Below, piece by piece: positions 25,487-39,678 of a stretch of DNA of 64,000 nucleotides. This stretch comes from Octopus sinensis. Lineage: Eukaryota. Both the position numbers and the translations under genes were made by a program. Where the stretch lies: positions 682,001 to 746,000 of the forward strand of contig NC_043016.1 of assembly GCF_006345805.1 (NCBI RefSeq), in the 5' to 3' direction. The number at the start of each line of letters is the position of its first letter. Position 1 is the stretch's first letter. The notes below the pieces were generated by a model. The model was given only the letters and a program-made list of their open reading frames with translations. It ran no database searches and was not told the origin of the DNA.

Positions 25487-26016
25487 GGAATCCATAACAA
25501 AACCAAGCAAAAGAACGTTGGAAGGATAGTTATAATACTATAAAATATTTGACTAGAAGTTATACACATACACACGACAATACAACACACCCTCCAAAAT
25601 TATCCAAGACTATAATGTAAATACCGAAAAAAATGCACAAAACTCACAGCACGTGTCATAGAAGGCTGATACCCGACACAACCTGTGCTGTACAAACAGC
25701 ACAAATAAAAACTAATACAACCGAAGATTCAAGCAAAACCCCATAATAAAACGCACTGATACAATACAATATCCCCTCGCCGCCAAAAAATGCAGCACAT
25801 ACCACTCCACCAGCACAAAGGTGCAACAGATGATACACGTGAAAGTTGCTTGAAATTTTCAGCTTTCGAAAATAATAGTGGCGATCACAATGGTGACGAA
25901 CGTTACCTTACCTCAGTTTATGAGAGACAGAAGTTTCCGAAAAACTCTTGTTATAACAGCGAAAATGAACTGAGCCTTTAAGGGACGGCCTCTCGCTAGG
26001 CAATGGTTCAGTAAAG

Positions 26017-27332
26017 ATGCAGACTGACCACAGGTGTCATCCTAGTACAGCATCAGCAGATAATAGAGCAAGGAGGAGGAAGTGAGCCAGCGAAGAAAAC
26101 AGGATTGTGATACAGTGCTACTTAGAAAGTGAACCTAAAAGAAGGGGTTATAGAAAACAGATGTTAATACTTTGGGTAGACAAGAGTATGTTTAAAGTGA
26201 CTGAGCAGTTTAGTAGATCATGCTAATGCTATAAGAAAAAAGTCGATGACAGATGTAGAAGAGATCACAAGAGATCTGAAAAAGAAAGAGCAGGCAGTGG
26301 GAAAGACAAACAACAGCATAAGACATATATTTGAAACCAAAGAGCCTAAAGAAAAAAAATAATAGCGTTACCAATAATGAAGGGACATTAAGTGATTTAA
26401 GTGAGGAAGAACAGAAGACTTTAAATGAGTTGCAGGAAGTAATGAGTAAAGAAGTAAGAAAAAGATTACCAGCATAAAAAGACATCAAGAGAAGGAAGAT
26501 ACAAGAAATGACTAGGAAAGCAGATTTTGTTATCAGGAGAACAGAAACTAAAAATATAGAAGACACTAACTTATTGATCTATGCAGGAGATTAGATATCT
26601 CAGAGGAAAAGGTTTAAAAAGAGCAAATATAGAAAAGGAGACTACAAAATAAAGTGAAAACTGTAAGACAAAATCTGAGTAGAATAGAAACCTGAAAACT
26701 GGACAAGTTTGGAAACACAAAAGGCAAATCTTCCTCTGAGAAAAGATATTTAGGGAAAGAAAAATGATTTGGAACAGTAATAGAAAAGTTGAAACAGCGT
26801 ATCACAGCAGTAGCAGGCAAGCTTTCCAGATATCAGAAAAGAATATATGACTATCAATAGAATAGATTATTTGAGACAGACCAGAGGAGATTTTATAACC
26901 AAATAAATAATAAAGAACGAAGTACTGTAGATGAGAAACCTAATGCAGAGGAAACTAGAAAGTTCTGGAGTAATATTTGGGATAAACCAGTCAATAATAA
27001 TGGAGATGCAGTATGGTTAAAGAAAGTGAGGGAAGAAGTAATGAATGAGAAACAGCCAGATCTAAGATTAACTAACTCATTAATGAGTAAAGTGTTAAGG
27101 ACAATGCCGAATTGGAAGGGCCCAGGACCAGATTTTGTTCAAGGGTACTGGCTAAAGAAATTCGGTAGTTTACATGGGAGTGTGAGAGTACAACTTCATG
27201 ATTACCTTAATTGAGGAATAATGCCAGATTGGATGATTAGAGGGAAGACAATATTCATTAAGAAGGATAAGAACAAGGGTAGTACAGCTAGCAACTATAA
27301 ACCAATCACTTGCTTATCATTAGTGTGGAAGC
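26017..27332 (+). mobile_element. R4/Dong-like LINE 5' half (fourth copy), truncated at RT start
   Basis: EENRIVIQCYLESEPKRRGYRKQM N-terminal motif; MPNWKGPGPDFVQGYWLKKF; GKTIFIKKD..SNYKPITCLSLVWK ends at 27332. Confidence 0.88.
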
Positions 27333-29060
27333 GTATCAGCAGCTGTTCGACATAACTCCACAACTCAGCAATGCCCTTACACTGAACGAAGGCGTACAGA
27401 ACGGTTTCGTTGCTCGGCGCGCACCCCGGACAAACCTGTCTGATTGCACATCTGTGCCAGTAGAGTTTGTCTCGAACTGCTAACACCTGTCGGTAGCACA
27501 GTCACACTAAGAACGACTGAAATATATCCATAGTAGTCCCCGACCGGAAAGTTCTCCGGAAGAGACTGGACAGGTCGTTTTCGTCGACACTCATGGTCTC
27601 TCTCTCTGAGAATGGTGCATATATCCACCACTATTCCACTACATACTGCTAAAGTAGATATCCACTGATCCTATTGCCCGACTAGTAGAGGACTGCGAGC
27701 GCCTGACGACATTCTAGGTGCCAGGCGCCGAGTGTCGGCCTATCCTTCACTCTGGACTGCAGCTCCGTCAAAGAGACGAGCAGTGGAAAGTTGTGTCTCA
27801 CAAACAGAGCACCGCCTAGAAATCATTAGGCAACCTGAGCGCATGTCTGTGCATCAGAAACCATGGCATGCTAAGCCGCCTCACATCGTGTACTGGCAGC
27901 AGACTGACCAGCTGACCATTGGAACGCGTCACGTCCGTAAGAAAATAAGGAAGAGACGCTCCAGCCTGATCAAGCAGTAACTGGGGCATGATGGTCAGGT
28001 GATAAATGATGACGGAGGCGATGTTAGCATTCACCATTCCTGCCCGATGTTTCAATAACAGCTTCCTCACTGTCCATTTCTGAGTAAGAGTGGCCTCCCT
28101 TGTCACCACCTCGTTACAGTTCTTATCTACCAGATGGTCGGGACCGAATCAAGTTCCGAGCAGTTCAACTGGTCCCTCACCCCAGCGTCTGATAACGTTG
28201 CCCGATGACATTGATCTGCGTCTCCAGGTGCCCAGGCTCAAGCCCACCAACTTATCGGCGTTGATTTTGGCAACTCAGTCCTTTAGAATGGAACTGACTG
28301 CCTCCATTTCGGAGGCGTCCAACACATTACGTCGTCTTGTACGCCAACACTGCCTTCTGAGTTCCAAGTCGAAAGGCCGTTTATTTGACCACCAAGCAGG
28401 TGCTGCTGTGCAATGTAGCGATCTGCCTCTGAAAACAGATTCTAAACCGGCCGCTTTAAGGACGGCTTCAAAGTGATGATGGTCGACCCTCTCGAATAAT
28501 TTCGACTGATCCAAATTCGTCAAGGCCTCACCGAAGCCAGCTTTAGCCCCAGCATCCTCTATAATGTATCGTATAAGATGGTGATTGTCGTGGATAGACC
28601 TGTTCAGGATTGCACACGTTTGCTCTTTCCTGACCAGGCTACCGATGAAAAGCGCAAACCTTTTACTTAACACTTTGGCCAAAATCTTAAACTCTCTGGT
28701 TAGTAGAGTTGTGGGCTGAAAATTTCCTTGCACGTCGCCATTGTTAGTGTCCCTTCTCAGTATCGATACCACACCCCGGTTAGCGGCACTAGGAAATCTC
28801 CTGTACTGTTCCCTGTTAATGTAGATGTCTGCAAGGTGGTTGCCAAACAAATTTGACACGAATGCAAACCGGATGACTTGCAACTTGTGCAATCGCTCAT
28901 GGCATCACGTATTCCAGTGGCTGTTATCGGCTATTCGCAGAACCTCGAATCCGCTGCCGAGGTACAAAATAAAATCCGCTATCGTCGTCGACCCATCGCC
29001 CTTCCCATACAACCATGCGTCGTGCTGCTAGAAAGTTGCACTCATCTGCTCGGCACCAAG
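27333..29060 (-). mobile_element. L1/Tx1-clade LINE fragment (RT to zinc knuckle), with internal deletion
   Basis: ILAKVLSKRF, SIHDNHHLIRY, LDQSKLFERVDH; CPGCAPSNETVLYAFVQC..LWSYVEQLL is homologous to 7570-7690. Confidence 0.9.
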
Positions 29061-30429
29061 TGACACATGCGCATCCTAATCAATCAAAGACTCAGTCAAG
29101 GTTTTGTTGTGACGTTGCGTTATACAGTTCGGACCCATCGGACGGCTTGTGTTTAAAAATCACAAGATATAAATAAACTTGTCCCAGTAGCTAACTGGAA
29201 ACTCGGATTAGATCATTCGCAATAACAGAGTATATGTTTTTTTTCACTGATTCCTATATCGGAGGCAACAAATATCGTCTAAGCATGTCGTTGGCTGTAA
29301 GTGGACGCTATTGAGGAGATCCAACGAAGTCGAAAATTGTTGTCGTCAACAAGATGAACTATATATCATAATCTACATAATATACGTATTACACTATAAG
29401 TTGTAATGTATATGACACGAGAGATATAAGAAAACAAAAAGAAACTTAGAGTATTATACCAACTTGAAGTATAGAATCTTCAAATCCGGGAACATAAGAA
29501 TTAAAAGGTTATGCCACTGATCATTATTACTGTAGCGTTGAGAACTTTGATAGAAATACGAAAACCTTTAAAAAACTTGACCGTAACATACCACTGCTGT
29601 ATTTGCCGCAGGGGCCTCAGATGAGGAGGGTAGTTTATGTGGGGATGTACATAAAAGTTGAAAGGAATGAAAGGGTGGGGCGCGGGAAATGAGAAAAAGC
29701 TATACATGATATATGAAATATGTGAAAACATATATGCTGCGGTTCTCCTGATATATTCAAGTGATCTTCAGCTAAGGTCACTTGAAGAACCTCACAAATT
29801 CCTGACCACCAAAAAGCACGAGCCGTCACACAACTGGTGTTCTCCAATCTACACATTCGTACCTAGAGTAGATCCATTCACCCTAACCATTTTGCCAGTC
29901 AGCGACCTTTTCACAAATTAATTGGGAGAGAGCACCCCACCTCTCCTTTCTCATTTTCCATTTCCAAGTGGAACTTGAAAATAATTGATAATGTCTTGAC
30001 CGAAAATGAGTACGTTTGTCTTCAATAGTTTTAGCCTCGTATGTCACAAAATCTCTTTCGTTATAGCCACTAGACAGGAATACTACCTTCACCACCTTTT
30101 AAAAGGTGGTTGGTCTTCATGATGGACTCGGCTCATTGTCGGATTCCTCCCAGGTGAGACTGCAGTTGTTCGACAAAACTCCAGAAGTCAGCAATGCTCA
30201 TTCACTTCACGGTTCGCCGCTTTAGGTACGCAAACTTTCAGACTAGAGCTTAAAAAGCAGAAAAAGCAGAATAAAAAAAATTATATATATTTTAGCGGAA
30301 ATGCAATATATTATTCGCCATTAATATTCGTTGTTCATTAATATATTTCAGTAAACGATATTGATATCATTGAATAAATGACAAATTATAATAAAATTTG
30401 TATCATCACAGTGATAAGCAGAAGTAGTG

Positions 30430-30630
30430 TATATATGTGTGTGCGTGCATGTGTATGTGCAAGCATGTATATGTGTATGAGTGTATATGCGTCTATGTAT
30501 GTATGTATGTATGTATGTATGTATGTATGTATGTATGTATTTATATATATATGTATGTATGTATGAATGTATGTATGTGTATGTGTGTGTACCCGTGTGT
30601 GTGGGTGTGTGTGTGTGCGTGTGTGTATAC
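30430..30630. repeat. (TATG)n/(TG)n microsatellite
   Basis: Direct reading. Confidence 0.95.
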
Positions 30631-31165
30631 GTACTAAACAACTGCAGCGTATCCTTCGGTGTTGGTTCATTAAACAAGAAAACAATTTCCTCTTAGAATG
30701 GAATTTTCTTGTAAAGCTGTGTTTCCAAAGTCTAAACTAAACTTATCGCTCGTTTTCTCTACTAAACTGAAACATTAATCCTTGTAATATTTGGCAGCAT
30801 AACTAGTTCAGTGGTCACCGTAGTTTATTAGTATATTTGCTGTAATTAATACCGGCAATTGACGATATTCTAAATAACTCACTAATACACTGCTGTCTAA
30901 GTTGCCACACTACATACACTATATAAACACTGTGCTACAGAACATATTTATAGATTTTGCCACCACTCTTTGTATAGACAAATGCAGACAACTGGTCTTT
31001 ATATTTGTGGACAAGAAAAGAGAGATCAACTAAACTAGACTAGTCACAATCCAGTGTTAAGCTTTCATCTGTGACTGGGTATGATTTTAACTGTTCGCTG
31101 ATACATAAACCGACCATTTCTATGGGGAAAGCACTAGGTGAAAACAATAAAAATAGCAGCTGCAA

Positions 31166-31545
31166 GTGGAGGCACAATGGCCCAGTGGTTAGGGCAGCGG
31201 ACTCGCGGTTGGAGGATCGCGGTTTCGATTCTCAGACCGGGCGTTGTGTGTGTGTTTATTGAGCGAAAACACCTAAAGCTCCACGAGCCTCAGGCAGGGG
31301 GTGATGGCGACTACTGTTGTTTCGCCCTAACTTTCTCTCACTTTTTCTTCTTGTTTCTTGTTCCCGACTTCCTACGCAACCACTGAGCCTGGATGCGTAT
31401 CCATCCATCCGTCGATGCCCTCGGTGTCGGGGTTTGACCTGCTTTCTCTTCTGCGGGTCTTACGAATAGCAAAGGACCACGTTTTGGACTTCTCCCAAGG
31501 ACGAAGACGCTTCGCTCAACAGACAAACAAACAATCAGCAGCAGC
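31166..31545 (+). mobile_element. tRNA(Arg)-like-headed SINE, family D
   Basis: TGGCCCAGTGGTTAGGGCAGCGGACTCGCGG..GGTTTCGATTC head; head shared with 57944; (ACAA)n tail. Confidence 0.8.
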
Positions 31546-31599
31546 AATAATTATTCCTACACTGAATCCCACAAGCGTGTGATTAATTCATAACAAGCT

Positions 31600-31900
31600 A
31601 TTTTCTAATTACAGAGAACCGGAATAAATGAAGCTGGAGGCGTATCGATATGAAGACCAAAAAAATCGTGTACATAGTGTGGGGAAAGACAGCTTTTATC
31701 ACGAGAGCCTGTTTAACTTTAAACAGGTAACAAGGTTCAAAGCTCTAGTTTGGTGAATGTGAAGACTGCTCTGTTTGGACTGAGATTTAGTTACTGAGAG
31801 AAACGTTAGCTACAAGAACTTAGAACTCCATCACCAATATTTTACAATACACTCCTTATAGATTATAGTTACACTAGCATATTCATGGCAGAAAAGTGCT
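31600..31900 (+). mobile_element. Possible decayed RTE-type RT fragment
   Basis: MKTKKI and KQVTRFKAL resemble RT motif 6/7 (KTKIM, FKYLG); short and degenerate. Confidence 0.3.
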
Positions 31901-32322
31901 TTCAACTGTGACACAATTTCCACTGTTCCTGATATAGTTAGTAAAATACAAAAAAAAAAACAGTTACTTCACAATATGTAAGACATTTGCCATGTACTTT
32001 TATAACGGTTGCAAAAAAGAACAGTCGCATTGAATTTACCTGATTCTTTTTGCCATTAGTTTATACACGGTAGCTACAGGTATACAGACTAGACTAGTTA
32101 ATGCATAACCAAATGGAGCTACATCAAGACGATCAGCCACACTTAACTCAACCAACAGCCGTTATATATGTACGAAGTGTCTTGGTGGGTATTTTTAGGC
32201 CTGACGGAACCCATCCATCTCCAAGTCTAACCACCGTCAATTTCTTTAAGAAATAGAAGCAAGCGGCAGGTAAAAAGACAGTTCGACACAGGCTGACAGG
32301 AAGTTAAAAAATAAAATAACCA

Positions 32323-32486
32323 GCGCAGGAGTGGCTGTGTGGTAAGTAGCTTGCTTACCAACCACATGGTTCCGGGTTCAGTCCCACTGCGTGGCACCTT
32401 GGGCAAGTGTCTTCTACTATAGCCTCGGGCCGACCAAAGCCTTGTGAGTGGATTTGGTAGACGGAAACTGAAAGAAGCCCGTCGTA

Positions 32487-32539
<53 letters not shown>

Positions 32540-32760
32540 ATGTATATGTTTGCGTGTCTGTGTTTGTCCCCCTAGCATTGCTTGACAACCGATGCTGGTG
32601 TGTTTACGTCCCCGTCACTTAGCGGTTTGGCAAAAGAGACCGATAGAATAAGTACTGGGCTTACAAAGAATAAGTCTCGGGATCGATTTGCTCGACTAAA
32701 GGCGGTGCTCCAACATGACCGCAGTCAAATGACTGAAACAAGTAAAAGAGTAAAAGAGTA
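32323..32760 (+). mobile_element. Family B SINE, full length
   Basis: TGGCTGTGTGGT A box, GGGTTCAGTCCC B box, CORE-like CCTTGGGCAAGTGTCTT and GTAAAAGAGTAAAAGAG tail. Confidence 0.9.
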
Positions 32761-33427
32761 AAGTGTAAAGTGTATTTTATCGACCACGGAAGGATAAAAT
32801 CTGGCCTCGGCGCTGCTTGAACTCGGTCAGAGTACGGGAAAACGAGACGACTTGGTAATATATTCAACGATCTAGTTACTCGGACAATGTACCATGTGAC
32901 GACGTTATAAATTTGTGAATTAGCTCTGGTGCAATACATTTTGCAAGTTATATATGTCGTAGTTTATGCTGTGGACTCTTTGTTCTAGAGTTCATCAAAA
33001 GATTTTTTACTGTTAATTATAGAGTAATATATTATTGTGTTAATTAGAATTTATTTCATGTAGTGGTTTCATAATATATATTGCATGCTAATCATAGTAA
33101 TTAATAATTTCGTTAAATATAGTTTATATTGTGGGTCAAATGAATTGTCTTCCGTGTTGTGAGGAACGTAACCCATTACAATATTTTTGTTAAAATACAC
33201 TATCTTTAATTTGATTAATTTTGAATATAACGAAGAATTTAGGAAAATAACTCTGACATAAATTAACATGGAATATTGATGATAAATTTCAGTTTTAAAC
33301 TGCTTTAAAACAATAAGTTGATGTGCAACCAAGAGCGATCTTAGGAATGTTTGGTAACAAAAAGGATTAAAGTGTCGAAGAGTTATTTTAACCAGCTAAA
33401 AACCTAAGCAGGGTAAAGACTCAATTC

Positions 33428-33751
33428 AGTCATGACTGACCATGGGATTGCACCTAGAAAGTTTCCCTTCAAGGCACAAATCTGAGGAAGGTTGTTTATG
33501 GAAGACCAGCAGTCGCCCATGCATACCGGCCTCCACTCTCCACAACATTGATGTTATCCAAGGGAAAGGCAAGGGACGATACAGCTTGGTACCTATGACG
33601 TCGCAACTGATTTCTTCAGCTGAATGAACTGGAGCAACGTCAAATAAAGCGTCTTGCTCAAGAACACAATATACAGTCCAGTCTGGGAATCGAACTCACT
33701 ACCTCATGATGGTGAGCCCGCCGCTGTAACCACTGAGCTATGCGCCTTCAC
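33428..33751 (-). mobile_element. tRNA-derived SINE, family C
   Basis: Reverse-complement homologue of 58752-59089; A box TAGCTCAGTGG, B box GAGTTCGATTCCC. Confidence 0.88.
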
Positions 33752-34622
33752 CTCCTCAAAACTTACACTAATATTTTTTTATTGATTTTCCTTCAAGAAG
33801 TGTCGAACTTTTGCTGCAGTCACTGCGACTTGGTCACATTCAGATCACAATTGACAACGATAATTTTGACATTCACCCGAGATAAAGAAAGAGTGCATTT
33901 AGCAATTTTTACGTGTTTTAAATAGCTAAAAACGATACTTCCATGACATAATTTTCCATTTTCAGAACTGTTCAAAATAGAGTCTCTTGCCAAACAGGTA
34001 TAAGCCAGATAATTTTTTTTTTTTTTTTTGGTATAATTACATATATATAAATTATAGTTTAGTTCCGTTTTTCTTTCAGAAAATAAAAGCGACAATGAGG
34101 ACAAATGATAACCTTTTAAGTTCGATTGTAATTTCATTCGCGATCTATGCGTGTTAATGAAGAAAGTTATCTGCGAGAAGATCACGGAGCTGTCATATAA
34201 AATGCTATAGAAAGATGCTTGATGTCTCGTACATCAAATGTTGAACTAATGAGAGTATTAGGAAAGAAATTGATTGATGAAAAGATTGCAATACTTCATC
34301 TGTCAATTGTTTACGTTTGGGTAGCTTTAGCTCTCTGTTGTGCGCATTCATACTGAATGCTTGGTCTGAAGATATCTTTCAACTTATATTATTCTTGTCT
34401 CGGAGGGTTTGAAAATATCATGGGGTCTGCTTTTCATTCACTAAGTGAGGTAAAAGATCGAAATGTAGCTGTTTGGTGACGCTAAGACAGCCTACATTTA
34501 ACGATTACCGACATGCGGGAAAAAGTGAGTAGTTGAACAATATAGGATAATAGAGTGGGAAGAAGATGGCGGAAAATACGTGATTGGCTGTTGACCTGGA
34601 GCGATGGAAGGGGAGATAGTTA

Positions 34623-34653
<31 letters not shown>

Positions 34654-36065
34654 GTGTCTTTTGTTGCATATCTAATCTTGAGCTACCAGTGTTTGATTGA
34701 TGAAGTTTATGCTGTGAGTTAATTGTAGTTTCATTTATATTGCCAGTTAATCTGTAGTGTAATTTATATTGTGAATTAATTGTGGTATAATTTATATGTT
34801 GGCTAACTGTAATGTCACTTGCTTTCTCTGTAGACTGCATAATTTATATTGTAAGTTAATTGTGGCGTCAACAATATTCTGAAATATTTTACAGTGTAGT
34901 ATGTTTACTAAGTTAGAACGTATTTAAGTTGTGGGTGTTATTGCATTGCAGTGTGGTTATGTTGCAGGTTAAAAACAGTGTGGTAATGCTGTATGTTAAC
35001 AATAGAACCTCATTAATGAAGGGTAATTTACTACCTAGTTTATTTCACTCCTAGAGCTTAGACTTAGATATAATAAAATTAGCACATACGGTTTATTAAG
35101 AGTTCCAAGCTAAATTTTGGTATAACATTACATTTTGGTATCACATTCAACATTACGGTTATTTACGAAAGGTGGCAGATTTAGTATCGCATTTTAAAGA
35201 AGCTAGATCACCGAGTTGGTATAAAATTCTTTGGTTACTAGGTCACTAGCATACAGCAAGATTCCTTCTTGATAATGACCGGTTTCAAATCTAGGTGACA
35301 GACTAATATGTCTCGAATTAGTTGTTCAGTTTGTTGGCGAAATCTAAATGGAATATCATGAAAGACGTTTCATAAAATCAATAGTTATCGGCGTTTCAGT
35401 TGACAGACATATTGATGGCGATTCTGATAAATAACACTTAAAGTATTTTGATAGCCGAACCAAACCAAAGTTGTCCTCATGCGGAGAATCTTCTAAGACG
35501 ATGAAAATGTAAATGATGTACTTCCACATGAATGCCCTCTCCGATAAACGAAGGAGAAATACTCATAGCCACTTATATGATGTATTTTATTTTTAATATT
35601 ATTGTACAAACATTAAGTTACATTTCAACGGAGAAATAAATAAATCCATCTTTATTTTACTTGTAGGTAAGGAAGAATTTCTCGTTGCTTATTGTCATAA
35701 ATTTCATAATGGCACCAGCTGCCAACATATTGCCAAGAGAATTAACGAAAAAAAGAAAAAAAGAAAAGAACAACCAAAAACAACATCAAAATCAAAAACA
35801 ACAAGAGAAACAAGAGAAGCAGTTTTTGCAACAACTACACGAGTCTGGTTAAAATTCAAACAACATGTTCAAAAACAGCTGGGAAAATTTCCTCATAAAA
35901 ACACTTTTTGATGTTCTTATTTTTACAACAGTCGTAAAATGGTTTTGATTTCATCACTGCAAAGCAAACTTTCAACTCTTATCCACATATGCATATTGAC
36001 ACAAGTACGCATATGGAAATAAAGACATACAGGTCCATACACGTACAAACACATCATCCATAGTA

Positions 36066-36665
<600 letters not shown>

Positions 36666-36969
36666 TTAGACATATCACGAACAAATAGTGCCTCATGTTT
36701 TTCGAAACAAAGCGTTGAATGCGGCATATTCAGTTGAATGATATTTATCAAGCTGTAGTGGGTAGTCTTTAAACATTTCTCGTCGAAATGGAAACATGAA
36801 CCTTGAGTACCGAACTACTTAATTTCAGATTTGAATATGTATGTTTATATGCTTGTAGGTCAACTAAAAATAATCAAGACTTTTTCTATCTGGTCAATTT
36901 AGTGCAATTAATGGATGCGCTGAGAAAAGGCAATATTTTCTGAAATTGGATGGAATATTAGTATCTCAA

Positions 36970-38055
36970 GTTGACGTGAGCGCAATTTGTTTAGATAACA
37001 AGAGTGAATTTATGCCTAAAATACGTACTGCACCAGCTGTACATGAACTGAACTGATATAACATAGATATAGCTGATCTTCCAGAGACGCGTTTGGAAGA
37101 TGATGGTCAGCTTAAGGCGGAGTAGGTCAGAGAGGCTGACATTGGTTTTGCAGTTCGATTTGAAATCATCAAGAAGCTGGTGGAGCATCTTCTCCCTATA
37201 AATGCCTGTTTGGTTTCTATGCACTTGAGAGATGGGCAATTCGCTAATCTAATAGGTGTCTGTACTCTTACTCTGACCAGTTTTGATGAGGATAAAACAA
37301 TTTTCTATGCGCAGCTGAGAGCTGTACTAAGGAAGATCCTTAAAGGCAGTCGAAGTCATTCTACTGGAGGATTTCAATGACATGTTTGGTACAGATTGAA
37401 AAACATGGAACTACGTTGGACGTTTCGGTGTAGGGAAGGTGAATAACAATGGTCTCATGTTCATAGAGCTTTGTAATGAATGTGGTCTTTACATTACAAG
37501 CATTCAATTTGCGCACGAAAGTGGTCACAATAGTGACGCATGGACGCACTCGAAGTCCAAGGTTTAGCACTTGGTGGATTATGTTATCATTGCAAGTGTG
37601 GTATCTATGTCGGTTGTAATGTCGAGTCCTTTTATGGATAAGAGTATTAGACAGACCACTGCTTGATGCGAGCAAAGTTGCAGGTAGTAACTAGTTTACA
37701 AAAGAAATGAGGGCGGTTAAGACTCCTCGGCCCTTGAATGTCTGTAAGATATATGATCCTACTGGAAGGAAGGAACTTCAGAATCATTTATTCAGCTTCG
37801 AAGATATTAAAACTTGGTGGGAGTTTCGAGGTCATATCTTTAAATGTGCTGCTGAAACATGTGGATACGCTACAGTCAGTCATATGGACTTGTCTGATGA
37901 GAATCCTGTCTGCCAAGCTCACAGTGCACAGACGCCATTTACGTTGGACTGGAAAGCTTGTTCGAATGAATGATCGGCTGATCCATAAGCAAATGTTATA
38001 CGGCGAAATTGTTTGTGGAAAGGCCTCTAACGGAAATCAGCACATATTATAAGTC
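36970..38055 (+). mobile_element. RTE-clade LINE remnant: APE domain joined to C-terminus, RT missing
   Basis: YNIDIADLPETRLEDDGQL, DEDKTIFYAQL, NNNGLMFIELC and DHCLMRAKL, then DLSDEN fused at about 37905 to RHLRWTGKLVRMND..KQMLYGEI. Confidence 0.8.
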
Positions 38056-38525
38056 TGCAAATGGTTCCTATATTTAGTATGCAGAAAGCTTCTCTTAAGT
38101 ATTTCCCTTCAATTTTACTGTTCATATTCATATTCAGCATAATTGCGTAGCATATGGGTTGGTTGATATAATGACAGGAAAACTTTCGGAAAAGGAAAAT
38201 TCCATCAACAGGCGTTTTATATTTATTTTATTTATTCATTTATTTATTTTGTAAATTAGAGGTAACTTCAGTAATGTCGAGTCTTGAAAGTATTGGGAAA
38301 TTTAGGTGATGCAGATATTTGTGGGTCTTTTTGAAACAACTATCCGATAAAAGAAAGTAAAGATAGTTTTCGATCTTGTTAGAACTCATAAGCAAAGCAT
38401 ATTCTATAAATAGCAAAGATAAAACAGGTGGGAATATATATCGGGCGAGCGTTCTGCTTTCTAAATACTCTAGCGGTTTGCCATAAAGCAAACAATAGAA
38501 TGAATACCAGATTTAAAATATGTAT

Positions 38526-38600
38526 TTCGATTGATTTGATCGACTAAAACCTTCAAGATGTTATCTAAGTATGGCCGCATCCTAATGACTGCGTCAAGTT
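38526..38600 (+). mobile_element. Decayed SINE 3' tail fragment
   Basis: GATTTGATCGACTAAAACC..ATGGCCGCA..TAATGACTG resembles the family B tail; a similar piece lies at about 49150-49210. Confidence 0.5.
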
Positions 38601-39519
38601 AATCATAAAATAATATGATAGAGTCTGATATATGTAATGCAGAGTTAAAAACATTCATCAGATTTACCTGCCTTGATAACTGTTTTTAGATGGTAAACAC
38701 CGAAGAGGTTAGTTTTGTCTACTAACTGCTTGGATAATATTAGTAAATCGAAGGTTATTTCACTCACTGTATTACTTATGTAGAGTCCTAACATGAGTGT
38801 GTTTAGTACGTGAAATGAACCCCGAGGTTTTACAACACGTACAATTGACATATCGTACAGCAATATGTTCCAAATATACAGCAATATGGTCCAAATGAAA
38901 TTATGAACGTTCACTCATCAAGTTCAGTGCCCTGTCTGATAATAACGTTCTATACGACGGATATGCTATAAGGCTCTAAAACACTGTCCTTATCTCTAAA
39001 TGTACTCCCTTTCCCTCCAAATTCCGCCTCCAATCTATTCATTCAAACAGATACGGAGAGAATCTCATAAAAAACGAAATAAATGTCAGTATTTAATTCT
39101 TCTATCGAGTTTCCTTCACATTCAGATTAAATTTTGTTCAGCCAAAGCAAAATATGTTTCTTTGAATCTCAGCAGAAAGGCTGGGATATTTCTTACACAA
39201 GAAATTGATTATGGTTCTTTTACCTAAATGCAGATACCCAGGTTCACTCAACAGGTGGCCTTGCTTTAATTAAGCCGCAGTCGAGTCATAATTATACAAG
39301 ATAAACATTAATAAGCTATAAATTGAGTTAACACAGAGATATAAAATAGAAAGTTACTCGGAGTTATGTCACCATGGGTGTCTCGTAAAAGTTGCAATTT
39401 CGAGTGGCTGGTAGCAATAGGGACGGAAATGCTGACGTGTTATGCGGCACGCTTTCTAATATCTTATATACAACCCTGGTGTTACTCCGTCTCGGTTGGC
39501 ACCAGGGCAGCCGATATAT

Positions 39520-39678
39520 GTACTCTATAAGAGGACGCTGTCTTCTTATTCAGTAATTTAGTCTTTCATGCCTTTCCACTTCAAAAACTTCTTGTTTTTC
39601 TAGCAAGCAACAGTGAGTCGGAAAAGACTGAGTTTTGTTTTAGTTGTTGTAGAAATTGTGGCATACGTGACCGTGAGT
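39520..39678 (+). promoter_or_regulatory. Candidate Pol II core promoter and non-coding first exon
   Basis: TATAAGA at 39526, TCAGT Inr-like at 39550-39554 and GTGAGT donor-like sites at 39613 and 39673, in non-repetitive-looking sequence. Motifs are short and TATA-Inr spacing is about 26 nt. Confidence 0.25.

Noticed and set aside
34363-34425. Other CTGANGA hits tested as hammerheads (also 4108, 20424, 29300-29340, 37894, 53510, 55733)
   Set aside because: They lack a properly spaced GAAA, paired stems or a UH site; several lie in LINE coding remnants.
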